DNA of 63,627 bases, filler included, from Hausera hauseri (lineage: Eukaryota), in assembly GCA_046269625.1 (NCBI GenBank). It is 12 parts of 12 records of this genome, joined end to end, with 100 filler letters (N's around TTAATTAATTAA, not from the genome) between each part and the next. Parts side by side here need not be neighbours in the genome. Positions count along the whole stretch, not along the records: positions 50,721 to 59,553 come from JBJURY010525457.1; positions 59,654 to 63,627 come from JBJURY010845969.1; 10 more parts are not named here. One strand, 5' to 3'. The notes under the pieces were generated by a model. That model saw only the letters and a program-made list of their open reading frames with translations. It ran no database searches and was not told the origin of the DNA. Position 1 is the stretch's first letter. The number at the start of each line of letters is the position of its first letter. Of this stretch, positions 50,721 through 62,200 are shown piece after piece. Both the position numbers and the translations under genes were made by a program.

Positions 50721-53700
50721 TTACCAATATGGGTTTTGAAAATTGTTTGACCTATACCAGTTATAATCTAGATTGATACCACCATTATTCCATTTTCTTC
50801 GCGTTCTATAATTAACGTTTTGACCTTGGTTATTCCCGAAATTTATATATTTCCTTTGGTTGTAATAATTTGTTTTATCCTTTTGATATGGCCTCTTAAA
50901 ATATTGCTGGGATTGATAATTATTAGAAGTTCTTGTATCATTTCTGCGACGATCTTGAAACTTAGTATATTTTTGCGTTTCATTATAGTAACTTTGCTTC
51001 GTATGTGTGTTATTATTTTGGTACGGGTTATATTTCTTCCACCTATTGTCCTGTGCGATGTATTTATTTGCGTCATATGTTCTGTAATAATTATTATAAT
51101 TTCGTTGATATGTGCGCGGCTTTCTATACTTTTGGTTATATTGAGCTTGATTCCCTCTTTGCTGTCGTTGGGTATAATAATTACTATCCTCATATTTTCG
51201 ATTAATATTTTTTCGTTGGTATTTGTTGTAGCTACAGCGATTTTCATACTCCCTATTTTTGTTATACTTTCTCTGATTCTGAGAAGTGAGTGAATTTATA
51301 TGGCTAGAGTAATTTTGTTTCTTCCGTTTGCGGAGGTTGTATCTTGTTTGTTGATTGTGGTAATTTTCATCATTTTCATTATCCCTGCTTTGTTCGTCAA
51401 TTTCCTCATTTTCTGTCTGAATTTGATCCGTTTGGTCATCATTTTCGTCATTATGGTTAAAATTTTTTCTTTGTGTTTTCTTAAAAACATGTCTCGTGTG
51501 TACATTAAATGGTTTTCTATTCTCATTTCGTGTGTCTTGCAACAGTACGTTGTGATTCCTACATATCTTTATTATTTTATAAGGGCCTGTAAACTTCGTA
51601 TCTAGTGTATTTTTTCTTCGGAAATTTTTTAAATAAACCATATCTCCTATCTCAAATACTCGTTCTTTATACGGCTTTTGGTTGTTGAATTGCTTCGTTT
51701 GAAATTTATTCTGTGCCTCTCCTGCTACTATTTTTATTTTATCAAAATCCTTTTTGTGTTTGCGGAAATACTCTTGAAATTCCTCTGGTTTCATATTATG
51801 GATGTCCTGAATAATTTTTTCCCATGTTTCGTTGTTGTCTGGTGAGTAAATAGGATCCGTAGGCATGTTCAGTTCTCTGCCAAAGAACAGTGAATTTGGA
51901 CTACAGGACGTCACACTGTGTTTAGCGGAATTGTAAAAGAATACTACCCAATTGATAGCTTTTTCCCAGAGTACATTGTCATAAGCTAGTGCACGTACAC
52001 AATCTTTAAAACTCTTATGACATCGCTCCAACAAGCTGTTCCCACGGGGATTGTAAATAGATGTATACCTAGCTTGAATACCTAGTTTATCCAATAGACT
52101 TCTATACACCTCTGATTTGAACTGTTTACCGTTATCAGATAAAATTACCCAAGGTAAACCATAATCATAACAATAATTCCATACAATATCTTTTATCTTA
52201 TGAGCTGTTATTTCTCTAACAGGAAAAGCTTGTAAATGTCTCGAAAAATGATCCACGATTGTTACTAGAAATCTATTTCCTGTCGCTGATTTTGGTAATT
52301 CACCCACAATATCTATAGAAATCATACTACCTGGCTCTTTTGCTTTTTCAACTATTGGTGTTTGCGTTTTTGGAATATTACGTGTTTTATATAATGCGCA
52401 TCCCTCGCAACTCTTTATATACTCTTTTATATCTCCGTGCATACCTGGCCATATATACTGTCTTTTAACTATGTCTGATACTTTAGAAATTCCTAGATGT
52501 GTGGAATGGGCTATTTTTAATATTGTATCTATTAATGAATCTGGTACCACAATTAAATTCTTTTTTCTTCCTTTCGCACCATCCCTAAATTTTACTACTT
52601 TGTCTTCGTCTATAAAATATTGTTTGTAAATCTTAGGTATCTCCTTTCCACTCTCTAATGCTGTAATGATTTTAATAATTCTTTGGTCTTCTCTCTGTCG
52701 TTGTTGTATATTTTCTATGGTTATATCCTTTTTTCCGTCGAAAATTTGCGCAACTATGTTATTAATTTGTTTTTCATCTAATATATAACGACTGTAGTAG
52801 TCTGAGGGATTGAATTCGCCCCTGATGTGTTTAAAGCGGAACGAATATTGGCTTAAATCTAAAAGCCACCGAGCAACCGTCGAATGCTCTTTTTGTAAAT
52901 TTAATGGATGCTTCAGACATTTTGCGTCTGATTGAAGTACGAAAGTATTATTGAATAAATACGCATGGAAATGTTTTACTGCCTCATGTATGGCGAGGAG
53001 TTCTAGCTTAAAGCTTGGGTATTTTGATTCTGCTGGCTTTAAAATCCTACTATAATATTTTACAGGAACTTCCTTCCCATTTATTCTTTGTGTTAAAATT
53101 GCTGCGATAGCCTTGGAACTTCCATCCGTGGTTAAATAGAATTTATTTTTTAAATTAATCGCATGAACTGAAGGTTTTTCAATTATTATTCGTTTTAACT
53201 CTAGAAAAGCTGTTTCGCACTCTTCTGTCCATTGAAATTGTTGCCTACCCTTTGTTAATTCAATGAGTGGCGCCACCTTCTCAGCATAATTGTTTATCAG
53301 ACTTCTAAAATAATTAGTCATGCCTAGGAATGACTGAACTTCCTTTTTTGTTTTCGGTGATTGAAAATTCTCCACTTTAATAATATTTTTATATGCAGGA
53401 GAAATTGAGTTCTTACTCACTTCAAAACCTAAGCATTGGATCTTAGTCTGGCCCACTGTTGTTTTTGCTGGATCTATCGTTAAGTTAAATTCAATGAGTC
53501 TTTTAAGTACCATTTCTGTCTTATGTTTAAGCTCTTTTAGTGTATTCGCGGCTATGAAAATATCATCGAGATAATAAAATATGTTGTCTTTTCTAAATTT
53601 TTGCAAAACTTTATCCATGAGTGTTATAAAATATGATGAAGAATTAATCCAGCCGAATGGAACTCGAGTATAAGAAAAACGTCCTCGCTCTGTAATTATC

Positions 53701-55316
53701 GCGCATTTGTCCCTCTCTGATTCAGGTAGGTGTATTTGATAAAATGCCGCCTTGAGGTCAAATTGACAATAAAATTTAAAAGCAGCCAATTCATGTAATA
53801 TATCATGGATATTCGGTACGTGAACTTTGTACAACTTTGAGTAGTGGTTCAATAGGCGAAAATCTGTAGCCATACGAAATTTTGGAGGACCATCCTTATC
53901 TTTTTGTTGCTTCCTAATAAATAAAACTGGAAATGCGTAATGTGACTGGGACGGTTCTAATAATTTTGCATCTATTAATTCAGTTAACTCTGCCTCTGCC
54001 TGTTCCTTTAATTTTTTGGGTACTGGGTAAGCTTTACACTGAAGAGCATGAGAGTGTGTTAATTGTATCCGAGGCTCAACGGCATCGGAAACACCAAGCG
54101 TTCTGTAACATTTTGAGAAGGCTACAGCATTCTCCATGAATATTTTTAAGAAGTCATTCTTATCTTCCTCCTCTAAATGATCCAATTTGAAATCCGTTAC
54201 ACTTAAATCCTGTCTCCTCATTTCTAACACTTCCTCCGTTGGTTGACTCGTAATTGAATTTATATAAGTTACTATTTCATCCGAATCTTCTGCTATTTCA
54301 GTATTTTCACCTAAATTCTCAACCTTCCCCACTCTCATCTGCTTATTTAAATGTATCTTTTGCGAAGTTTTATTAGTTATGAAAATATCTATCTCTCCGT
54401 TATCATTAATTGTTTGTATGCAATTGTCATCATTTAATATTCCTAATGAGTGGTCTATGAGTATTATGTCTGTCTGCGGACGGATTGGTCGGTCTAATAT
54501 TAAATTTACTATTCGGGTTTCCTTCGGTTTTAATACCATTTTATATTTTATTCTAGCAAAATTCTCAGTTATTTTATTGTTCTTATTCTTATTTTCCCTT
54601 TTTTCTACATTATCATCATTTTGTTCTTTATCTCCTCTGTTACTATTTACACTCAGTATATTAATATTCCTAATTTGAATATTATTTGTTAGGGCTATCT
54701 TTTCCCTATTTATCGTTATTTCTCTATTGCACAAACTGATATCTATTTGATTTTTAAACATAAAATCAGCTCCCAAAATAATACCATACCGCTCATGAAT
54801 CTTTGTGTGTGTAACACAAAATACTCCAGAACATCTCTTTTTCCCAATGTTTAATGAAAACTCGACTACTTTAGAAAAATTTATAACTTCTCTTGTGACT
54901 GTCTGTAATTTAATCTGCCTTGATACATATACAATTTTTGTGTGTTGCTTAATAATTTGGAATACATTGTGTTCTAGAATGGACATTTGCGCCCCACTGT
55001 CCAAAAGCGCAATAAATGCTTTATTTTTCACTTTAATTTCAATTGTTGGCAGAAAATCCTTATTTCCCTGATTATCACCTACAGACATAACCTGATGGTT
55101 CAATGCCTGGTGATCCTTCCATTGAAATGAGTAATTATCATGTTGATATTTCTGATTATATGGTAACCTTATATTCCTGTCGTAATTGTTTTGGAAACGA
55201 CCTCTATTCCTTCTGTTTATATTTGTTTGAGGGTTGTAATTAATATATAAATCCCGGGGGACCCGACGGTTATTTTCTTGTCCTACCATCTGGTTCCCCG
55301 ACCATACCCTAAAAAA
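50721..55316 (-). CDS. pol: Intact Gypsy pol (PR-RT-RNaseH-IN) with N/Q/Y/R-rich tail
   Basis: 1522-aa open frame: LLDSGA, YLDD, TDGS, H..H/C..C, IDIVG, SDNG, LER, GPYKI. Confidence 0.96.
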   Translation of the reverse strand, partial: FFRVWSGNQMVGQENNRRVPRDLYINYNPQTNINRRNRGRFQNNYDRNIRLPYNQKYQHDNYSFQWKDHQALNHQVMSVGDNQGNKDFLPTIEIKVKNKAFIALLDSGAQMSILEHNVFQIIKQHTKIVYVSRQIKLQTVTREVINFSKVVEFSLNIGKKRCSGVFCVTHTKIHERYGIILGADFMFKNQIDISLCNREITINREKIALTNNIQIRNINILSVNSNRGDKEQNDDNVEKRENKNKNNKITENFARIKYKMVLKPKETRIVNLILDRPIRPQTDIILIDHSLGILNDDNCIQTINDNGEIDIFITNKTSQKIHLNKQMRVGKVENLGENTEIAEDSDEIVTYINSITSQPTEEVLEMRRQDLSVTDFKLDHLEEEDKNDFLKIFMENAVAFSKCYRTLGVSDAVEPRIQLTHSHALQCKAYPVPKKLKEQAEAELTELIDAKLLEPSQSHYAFPVLFIRKQQKDKDGPPKFRMATDFRLLNHYSKLYKVHVPNIHDILHELAAFKFYCQFDLKAAFYQIHLPESERDKCAIITERGRFSYTRVPFGWINSSSYFITLMDKVLQKFRKDNIFYYLDDIFIAANTLKELKHKTEMVLKRLIEFNLTIDPAKTTVGQTKIQCLGFEVSKNSISPAYKNIIKVENFQSPKTKKEVQSFLGMTNYFRSLINNYAEKVAPLIELTKGRQQFQWTEECETAFLELKRIIIEKPSVHAINLKNKFYLTTDGSSKAIAAILTQRINGKEVPVKYYSRILKPAESKYPSFKLELLAIHEAVKHFHAYLFNNTFVLQSDAKCLKHPLNLQKEHSTVARWLLDLSQYSFRFKHIRGEFNPSDYYSRYILDEKQINNIVAQIFDGKKDITIENIQQRQREDQRIIKIITALESGKEIPKIYKQYFIDEDKVVKFRDGAKGRKKNLIVVPDSLIDTILKIAHSTHLGISKVSDIVKRQYIWPGMHGDIKEYIKSCEGCALYKTRNIPKTQTPIVEKAKEPGSMISIDIVGELPKSATGNRFLVTIVDHFSRHLQAFPVREITAHKIKDIVWNYCYDYGLPWVILSDNGKQFKSEVYRSLLDKLGIQARYTSIYNPRGNSLLERCHKSFKDCVRALAYDNVLWEKAINWVVFFYNSAKHSVTSCSPNSLFFGRELNMPTDPIYSPDNNETWEKIIQDIHNMKPEEFQEYFRKHKKDFDKIKIVAGEAQNKFQTKQFNNQKPYKERVFEIGDMVYLKNFRRKNTLDTKFTGPYKIIKICRNHNVLLQDTRNENRKPFNVHTRHVFKKTQRKNFNHNDENDDQTDQIQTENEEIDEQSRDNENDENYHNQQTRYNLRKRKKQNYSSHINSLTSQNQRKYNKNREYENRCSYNKYQRKNINRKYEDSNYYTQRQQRGNQAQYNQKYRKPRTYQRNYNNYYRTYDANKYIAQDNRWKKYNPYQNNNTHTKQSYYNETQKYTKFQDRRRNDTRTSNNYQSQQYFKRPYQKDKTNYYNQRKYINFGNNQGQNVNYRTRRKWNNGGINLDYNWYRSNNFQNPYW
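55255..55316 (-). promoter_or_regulatory. -1 programmed ribosomal frameshift signal
   Basis: Gag-frame AAT TTT TTA GGG (heptamer 55310-55316), 9-nt spacer, stem CGGGGAACCAGATGGT / ACCGTCGGGTCCCCCG; the -1 frame is open into pol. Confidence 0.85.
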
Positions 55317-56314
55317 TTCTGCTGATTATTTCGAAAAGCTCCTCTAGCTCTAAAATTTCTACCTCGGCCTCTATTACTAGTATATCTTTGGGTTATACTC
55401 CGCGGGCGCTCCCGGTACCAACAATCTTTTGCTGAATGTCCCATTTTATCACAAATTTGACATATTATTGCGTCCTGACTCCTATTATTACTTTGTATCC
55501 TGCTATTGTTTTGACGCTTTTGAGTTTGATTTTTCTTTGATTCATTTTTATTTTTATTTTGATTATTTTCCTGTTGTTCCTGACCCATCTGTGGTAAATA
55601 ATTTATATTTTTGTTTGCCGTATTATAAACCCTTTCTAAATGACATGCCTTCTTTAATGCTGTGTCAAAATCATCATAATCTAATTTTTGGAGTTCTAAT
55701 TGTATGTCTGGTCGTACGATCTGTACCAATTTACCTAGCATAATTGACTGGTATTCGGTTGCATCCATGGGCAATGTACTATCCTTTCCCATCATTGCTC
55801 TGGCTTTTTGCCTAATTAATTGTCCGAGTTCGGTCACGGACATGTCTTGTTTATGCTGCAAATTTTCCCATTCGTCTATGCATTGTGATTTGGTTTTAAC
55901 TACTGGAAATAATGACTTTAATAATTTCACCACTTGATCATAAGTACCTTTTGTAAATAATTCTCTATCATTCATTAGCAATTGTGCTGCCTTATCCTTT
56001 AATTTATTTTTTATGACAAATGTCCTATTTTCTGGTGTCCAATTATATTCATTAGCGACACATTCAAATTTCATTAAGAAATGCTCTATATTTTCCCCTG
56101 GTTTTCCATGAAATGAAGTAACCAAATCAACCGTCTTTGGGTTGGGCGGTGCGGCCGGGCCCCTAGGCTGCGCTAAAGTCGGGCTTGCGCTAGCACCCCT
56201 TTTTTCCAGAACTTGCATCTCTTCGCTATATGCTACACTGTCCGTATCATTTATTCTCTCCTCCACCGGCGCTGGAGACAACTGTCTACGCGTGTTCCGT
56301 CTTTTTGGAGGCAT
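55283..56314 (-). CDS. gag: Intact Gypsy gag
   Basis: ATG at 56314 (MPPKRR); FHGKPGENIEHFL..FE...W capsid motif; CQICDKMGHSAKDC knuckle. Confidence 0.92.
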   Translation of the reverse strand: MPPKRRNTRRQLSPAPVEERINDTDSVAYSEEMQVLEKRGASASPTLAQPRGPAAPPNPKTVDLVTSFHGKPGENIEHFLMKFECVANEYNWTPENRTFVIKNKLKDKAAQLLMNDRELFTKGTYDQVVKLLKSLFPVVKTKSQCIDEWENLQHKQDMSVTELGQLIRQKARAMMGKDSTLPMDATEYQSIMLGKLVQIVRPDIQLELQKLDYDDFDTALKKACHLERVYNTANKNINYLPQMGQEQQENNQNKNKNESKKNQTQKRQNNSRIQSNNRSQDAIICQICDKMGHSAKDCWYRERPRSITQRYTSNRGRGRNFRARGAFRNNQQNFLGYGRGTRW

Positions 56315-56330
56315 CTCAAATAATAAACTA

Positions 56331-57664
56331 CGAGGGCTATCCACAAAGTAGATTACGTTTTGGAATAAAAAAGAAACAAAGTATAGGAAAAAAATTTTAT
56401 TATATACAGATGAAAGCCACACTCAAAAACTACTTTTCAACATAGTCACCATACAAATTAAGGCATTTATCGTAGCGATGTACGAGCTTGGAAATGCCTT
56501 CGTCGAAACATTCGGCCGCCTGAGCCTTCAACCACTCCGTTACCTCTTCTTGCAGCTGTTCGTCGTCATGAAAACGCTGCATAGCCAGCCACTTCTTCAT
56601 TGCTGGGAATAGGTGGAAGTCGCTCGGTGCCAGGTCGGGACTGTACGGTGGATGAGGAAACAACTCCCACTTAAAAGATTCAAGAAGTTTACGAGTGACA
56701 TTTGCCGTGTGGGGCCGGGCGTTGTCGTGAATCAACAAGATCTTAGAGCTCAACATTCCTCTGCGCTTGTTTTGAATCGCTCTTCTGAGTTTTTGGAGGG
56801 TTTGGCAATACCTTTGAGAGTTTATTGTAGTGCCTCTGTCCAGGAAGTCCACCAAAATCACACCTTTTCTGTCCCAAAAAACAGTCGCCATGATCTTCCT
56901 TGCCGACATTGTTTGCATGCATTTCTTGGGTTTTTGGGGAGAACTCGTGTGCCCCCACTGCATTGATTGCAATTTCGTTTCACAGTTCACGTGTTTCACC
57001 CATGTTTCGTCACCAGTAACGATGCGATCGAGTAAAGCGTCACCTTCCTTATGGTATGCGTCCAAAAAGTTTAACGCCGCAGCCATTCGCTGATTTTTGT
57101 GGTCCTCTGTCAAGATTTTTGGAATCCATCTTGCACAAAACTTGTGGTAACCAAGCTTTTCGCTGATGATTTCGTGCACCAAACTTCGCGAAATTTCTGG
57201 AAAACTTAAAGAAAGTTCCGTTATTGTGAAATTTCGATTTTCCCGGACTTTAGCGTCGACTTTTCCGATAAGTTCGGCGTTCACTATGCTGGGTCTCCCA
57301 CTTCGATCTTCGTCGTGAACATTGGTTCGGCCATTTTTAAATCTTATGACCCACTGACGCACTCCACCTTCAGTGATAATGTTGTCCCCATACACTTCAC
57401 AAAGCTGCCGATAGATTTCTATCGGTTTACAGTTTTTTGCAGTCAGAAACCTTATTACTGCGCGCACCTCGCAGCTCGCGGGATTTTCAATTAACGCAGA
57501 CATTTCAAACCGTCACAGTATCTGAACGAACACAGCACGAACCTCTCACTAGCACGGCTAGATGCAGACTGAGCTGCGCAACGCTCTGACCCCAAGATGG
57601 CCGCGCTAGCCCCGCCCCTAGCGGACACAAACGAAAACGTAATCTACTTTGTGGATAGCCCTCG
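56331..57664 (-). mobile_element. Complete mariner element, 1334 bp, perfect 31-bp TIRs, flanked by TA
   Basis: CGAGGGCTATCCACAAAGTAGATTACGTTTT at 56331-56361 and inverted at 57634-57664; TA at 56329-56330 and 57665-57666. Confidence 0.97.
56430..57503 (-). CDS. Mariner DD34D transposase, intact, 357 aa
   Basis: WIPK.L, TGDETW, HDNARPH, YSPDLAPSDF. Confidence 0.97.
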   Translation of the reverse strand: MSALIENPASCEVRAVIRFLTAKNCKPIEIYRQLCEVYGDNIITEGGVRQWVIRFKNGRTNVHDEDRSGRPSIVNAELIGKVDAKVRENRNFTITELSLSFPEISRSLVHEIISEKLGYHKFCARWIPKILTEDHKNQRMAAALNFLDAYHKEGDALLDRIVTGDETWVKHVNCETKLQSMQWGHTSSPQKPKKCMQTMSARKIMATVFWDRKGVILVDFLDRGTTINSQRYCQTLQKLRRAIQNKRRGMLSSKILLIHDNARPHTANVTRKLLESFKWELFPHPPYSPDLAPSDFHLFPAMKKWLAMQRFHDDEQLQEEVTEWLKAQAAECFDEGISKLVHRYDKCLNLYGDYVEK

Positions 57665-57703
57665 TATTTTCTATTATAACATAAAATAGATTGCAGACAT
57701 TTC

Positions 57704-59264
57704 TTAATATTCTGGCTCACAACTACCACATAGCATACGATAACACATCAGCAATTTTGAGCATTTTTGTATGCCTAAATGGTTTCGAAGCTTTGATTGT
57801 ATGATTCCAAAATTAGAAAATACTCTTTCTATTGAAGCAGAACTGGCTGGGCAAGAAAGGAGTACAATAGCAATTTCAACAAATTTAAAAGCACAACTAT
57901 CCTTTTCTTTACTAATGTCAGCATTAGCAATTCCTTTCCACCATGTTAGCGGATTAATCATTTTAGCATTTTCATTAAAGTAGGAGGCAGGAAATAGAAA
58001 TTCATGGGCTTCAAATGCAATTAATATAGGCAAACAATCAGGAATCTTTTCTGTCATCCACAAGCAAGCAGATTCAGTTTGCTCACTTGTCAATCCTTTG
58101 CTTTGATACTTAGGATGAAAAAGATAAGCCACAAAATGATAAGGTTTTAATGCTTGCATTATTCTTTTTTGCACCACTCTACTATGTGGTTGAAGAGAAT
58201 CTTCTTGTAATCATTGGTGAGATGAGTATTTTCAATTTCACCTTCATGTTCTTCTATGATTTTCTGAAAGAATGGCCTATTTCATAAAAATGTATCAATG
58301 CATATCAGCTGGCTGTTCCATCTTGTATCCCCTTGCAATTGAGGCTTGAGTGATCCTGGACATTCTTTAAGTCATCCTGCAGGTAGGTGGTGATTTCTAA
58401 AATATTTTTGAATTTTTGTTACTGGTTTCATTATAGTATCTGGTGTAAGGTCTTGTCCTAATAAATTTAGCCAATGTGAAGAGCACCCATAAACAATCAA
58501 GTCTTTACTATTTTCTTTAGATTGAATTAAATTTCTTGTTTTTTGCATTACTTTTGCATTGTCAGTTACAACTGCTTTTACTTCACAATCAAACTTGGTT
58601 TTGGCTTTTTCAATTGCATTTTCAATTATATGCTGGTGATATTCAGCATTTTTTACATTGCTAACTACTATCAACTGCATCAAGAAAGATAGTCTTACCA
58701 GACACATGTAAGCATGATGCAACAACAGGGTCATTATGGACATTATTCCATCCATCTTCAACTAATGTCACAGATTTTCCTGTTTGATTTGTCTTTGCAA
58801 TTTCTTCAACTTCAATGGCAACTTCATCAAGAAGTTGTCCAGATAAAGTCTTCCTGTTGGGGATATGGTAGCCTGGTCGCAAAAACTGAGATAAGGTCCT
58901 GAAAAGTAGAGTGTTCCACAATACTGAATGGAATGTTAGCAAAAAAAAAAAAAAAAAAAATTGCTATTTATAAATCTAGTTTGTGAGTAGTAATATTATT
59001 TGTTCTTACTACAAATGAGTCATGTTTGTACTTTTTGGCTGGAGTTTCAGGTTCTGATTCTCTCTTACCAGGATCATCTACATTGGCTGAATCTGAGTTT
59101 TCTTTTTTCTTCTCTAAACACTGAAACAAATGGCTTTTCATTCTCTCAACTCAATTTGCATGAATATTCCCACAATATTTACATTTAACACATTGTTTTC
59201 CATCTCTATCTACCTTATGAAAATGCTTCCAAACCAAATCTGTAGGCCTTCCACCATGATTCAT
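57704..59264 (-). pseudogene. hAT transposase pseudogene
   Basis: BED finger VWKHF...CKYC...MKSH..C; IPF.IVE; DGWNN; VTDNA; GCSSHWLNL; TRWNS; dimerisation WW...PASSASIERVFS; frameshifts including a T20 run at 58941-58960. Confidence 0.92.
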
Positions 59265-62200
59265 ATTTCTGTTGGCAAAATAAGCAAAGTTCTTATGCTC
59301 AAAGCAACCAAGTAACTGAGCTAAAAACAAAATCTAGTGTCCACCTCCTTCCACTCTAACATGATTCATTCTGTTGTCGATAAAGAGGAAGAAGAATTGG
59401 AAGAATGGAAAGAGAAGAAATCTGAGTCATCTCTCTAAGAAAATAAAGAATGAACCCTGCTTGACTGGCATTTCACCCAGAGGTCAAAAGTGGATACACC
59501 TGCAAAATTTTCTTCAAATCTAACAAAGCAAGGGTGACAGAAGCGGATAACAANNNNNNNNNNNNNNNNNNNNNNNNNNNNNNNNNNNNNNNNNNNNTTA
59601 ATTAATTAANNNNNNNNNNNNNNNNNNNNNNNNNNNNNNNNNNNNNNNNNNNNATACCTTTGGACAATGAGTATACCAATTAAAACTTTTAAGGGAAGAC
59701 TCACAAGATGAGTCAACAGAGAATATAAGTGCTTTTAATAATAAAATTCAACAAATTTCTAAACGGGAAAATTGTCCGTCAATAAAGAAACCACCGGTTG
59801 AAAAGCCGACCAATCCTGAACGGCAAGATTGCCCGTTAACTTCATTTAGCAATAAAAATCGAATAGCTAAACGACAAGATTATTAAACAGATACAATTGT
59901 ATATTACTGTACAAAGATACAGAACGAAGTTACTAAATTTTTTACCACCCCTAAAAACTATAAATCAAATAAATGTACCTTTGTTTATACTGCTTTTCTC
60001 AAACCTTCTTGGCTAATATTTATTTATTTCTTTTTAGTTCGAGAAGGATTTGAGTTTGTGGACAGAACCAAGTCCTTTTATTTCAAAATCATCAGTAATT
60101 TAAACCAAACAGATATCAAAGATTACTTCTATTATGTCAAAGTGAATCTTATACCAAACAACTTAAAAGGTAATCTTCTCCATCAAAGCTCCGGATTGAT
60201 CATGAAACTACCCAATGCCTCTACGAAACTGTCAGACTTAATCGACATTCATAATTGAACTATGTCTGTCTTCATATCCGCAGCAAAAGAAAGTTTCCAA
60301 ATTAAAAGCCGAAACCATATAAATGATTTTATTTACACGCTGGATGTCACTCCCTATATGTTGGTGGTACAGGGGTTGCTATTATCAACCTTAAGCAGTA
60401 CCTAACATATAAATTCATAATTTTTATTTGTTGACAATTCATTATCTTTTCCTTATTCTAACTTCTTTATTCCTGGACACCATTCCAACAAATCAGGATT
60501 AAATATGTATTGCTTCTCAAAATACTTTACCTTTTGGTGTTTAACTAGAACTACATGTTGGTCCCAATAATCTGAAGGATTGTGAATTCACTTTTGTTCT
60601 ATAACTCCGTTTGCTCACTTCTTTTGTTACCTTTCATTAGTCCATAGCAATGAAATTATAATTTTTCAACAAAACTAAGCCTCCGATTCCAATATATTTG
60701 CATGATGCAAAACAAAAGACCATTGGTTACTTTACAATTTACTCCGATTCTATTACATTTGTTATAATTTGGGGAACCAGCCTAAATGTGGCAGAGGGGA
60801 ATCATCATCGGATAATGATTGGGGATAGTGGATAGATGTTAGTCGTGTGTAATTATACAATAACCTAAATAGTAATTGAAACGTAAAACCTGAGTATAAC
60901 ATCTTAGGACGCCAATTCTACCACGGCCATACCGTCATCTTTATCTCGAATGTAACGGTGCAGCCAAATAATACACACGCCAGGTTATAGTTAAAATACA
61001 CCTTATTATAAATGTTGTTTTTCATATTAATCACATAACATCATTAAGTTTAAATATTATTCTTCGTATTAATTACATAACGTATTGAGGTAATCAAACG
61101 CGGGGTCTTGACCAATTAAGTCAATCGGAAACAACACTTTCTTTTACAAAAATCCAAAAGGATTTGAAGTCAAGGTCGCAATAATCTCCGGTGCCAAATA
61201 GATTAAACAGTTAGGTAAAACACAGACCCATTAAATAAGGAAATCTACAGGATATTTTCATGCAGGATTATAAGGAATTCCATTAAGGTAATACAACTCT
61301 TAATGCTTGTGGGAAATTCGCTCGTGATCAACCCAATGTTCGACAGAATAAGTGATACATGATTCTCATTTATTTTCCAATTTCGCTTCGTTAAGTCATA
61401 AAACCTCATATTAACCATCAGTGAAATCTGTATCGAGTAAACCGTTTCACGAGACCGACTGTCAGATGTTGTACGAAGCATCACAATGATACTATAAGGT
61501 CAATCTGTCCCAAAGAAATCGTTTTTTAGAGTCGAATACATGGGGATAATTACATACCTGTATATAGAAAAGGTGTAAATAAACGTGGCAATTTGGGTTT
61601 AGTATAAAACTCTTCATTCCATAGAATAATAGGTTTAATATAATACGATATATATGCAACATCGAATTTCTAATATTTCGATACTTTCAGAATGCGGTTT
61701 AATTATTAAAACATAATTACTCAGGCGAGACCACTTTATAGTCATACAAACTGTTGCAACGAATCATGATAATAGATTCCGATCATTTTCAATACAACAT
61801 CGAGTTATGACAATATAAACATAATTGTTCGACTGTTGTGGATTGGTTGTAGTCTGGAATTTATACATTTAATTGACACGTGATTCTCTATCATGCAATA
61901 TGTGTTTATGTATATATCCACATATATAAAACGACCGCCGATGTAAATACACTGGTCCCGACCTCAACTGCACAAAGAAAATTCCTCGAAGAAGTGCAAT
62001 TTACTAACATGCTTATTTCCTATGTCATAGTTAAATATAGACATGGACATTTGTCATGAATCGTTATAAGACATAAATAGACGCACACATCCGCTATTTT
62101 GTCAACGTCATTCAGTTCCGTTGGTCGTAGGCGATTGATTTTAAAACTTGAATTTGCAATCATAACCAACCATTTCCGCCCAAATTGAGTGATAAATCGA

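Noticed and set aside
50820-51605. Hydrophobic Ile-rich ORFs resembling membrane proteins
   Set aside because: Antisense or alternate-frame shadows of the N/K/Y-rich pol tail
56315-56422. Hydrophobic signal-like N-terminal extension on the gag ORF
   Set aside because: It is read from the mariner 3' end and TIR; the plausible start is the ATG at 56314
58941-58960. A20 run as a retrocopy poly(A) tail
   Set aside because: Falls inside the hAT IA.FF..NIPF motif on the minus strand; a homopolymer expansion or sequencing error
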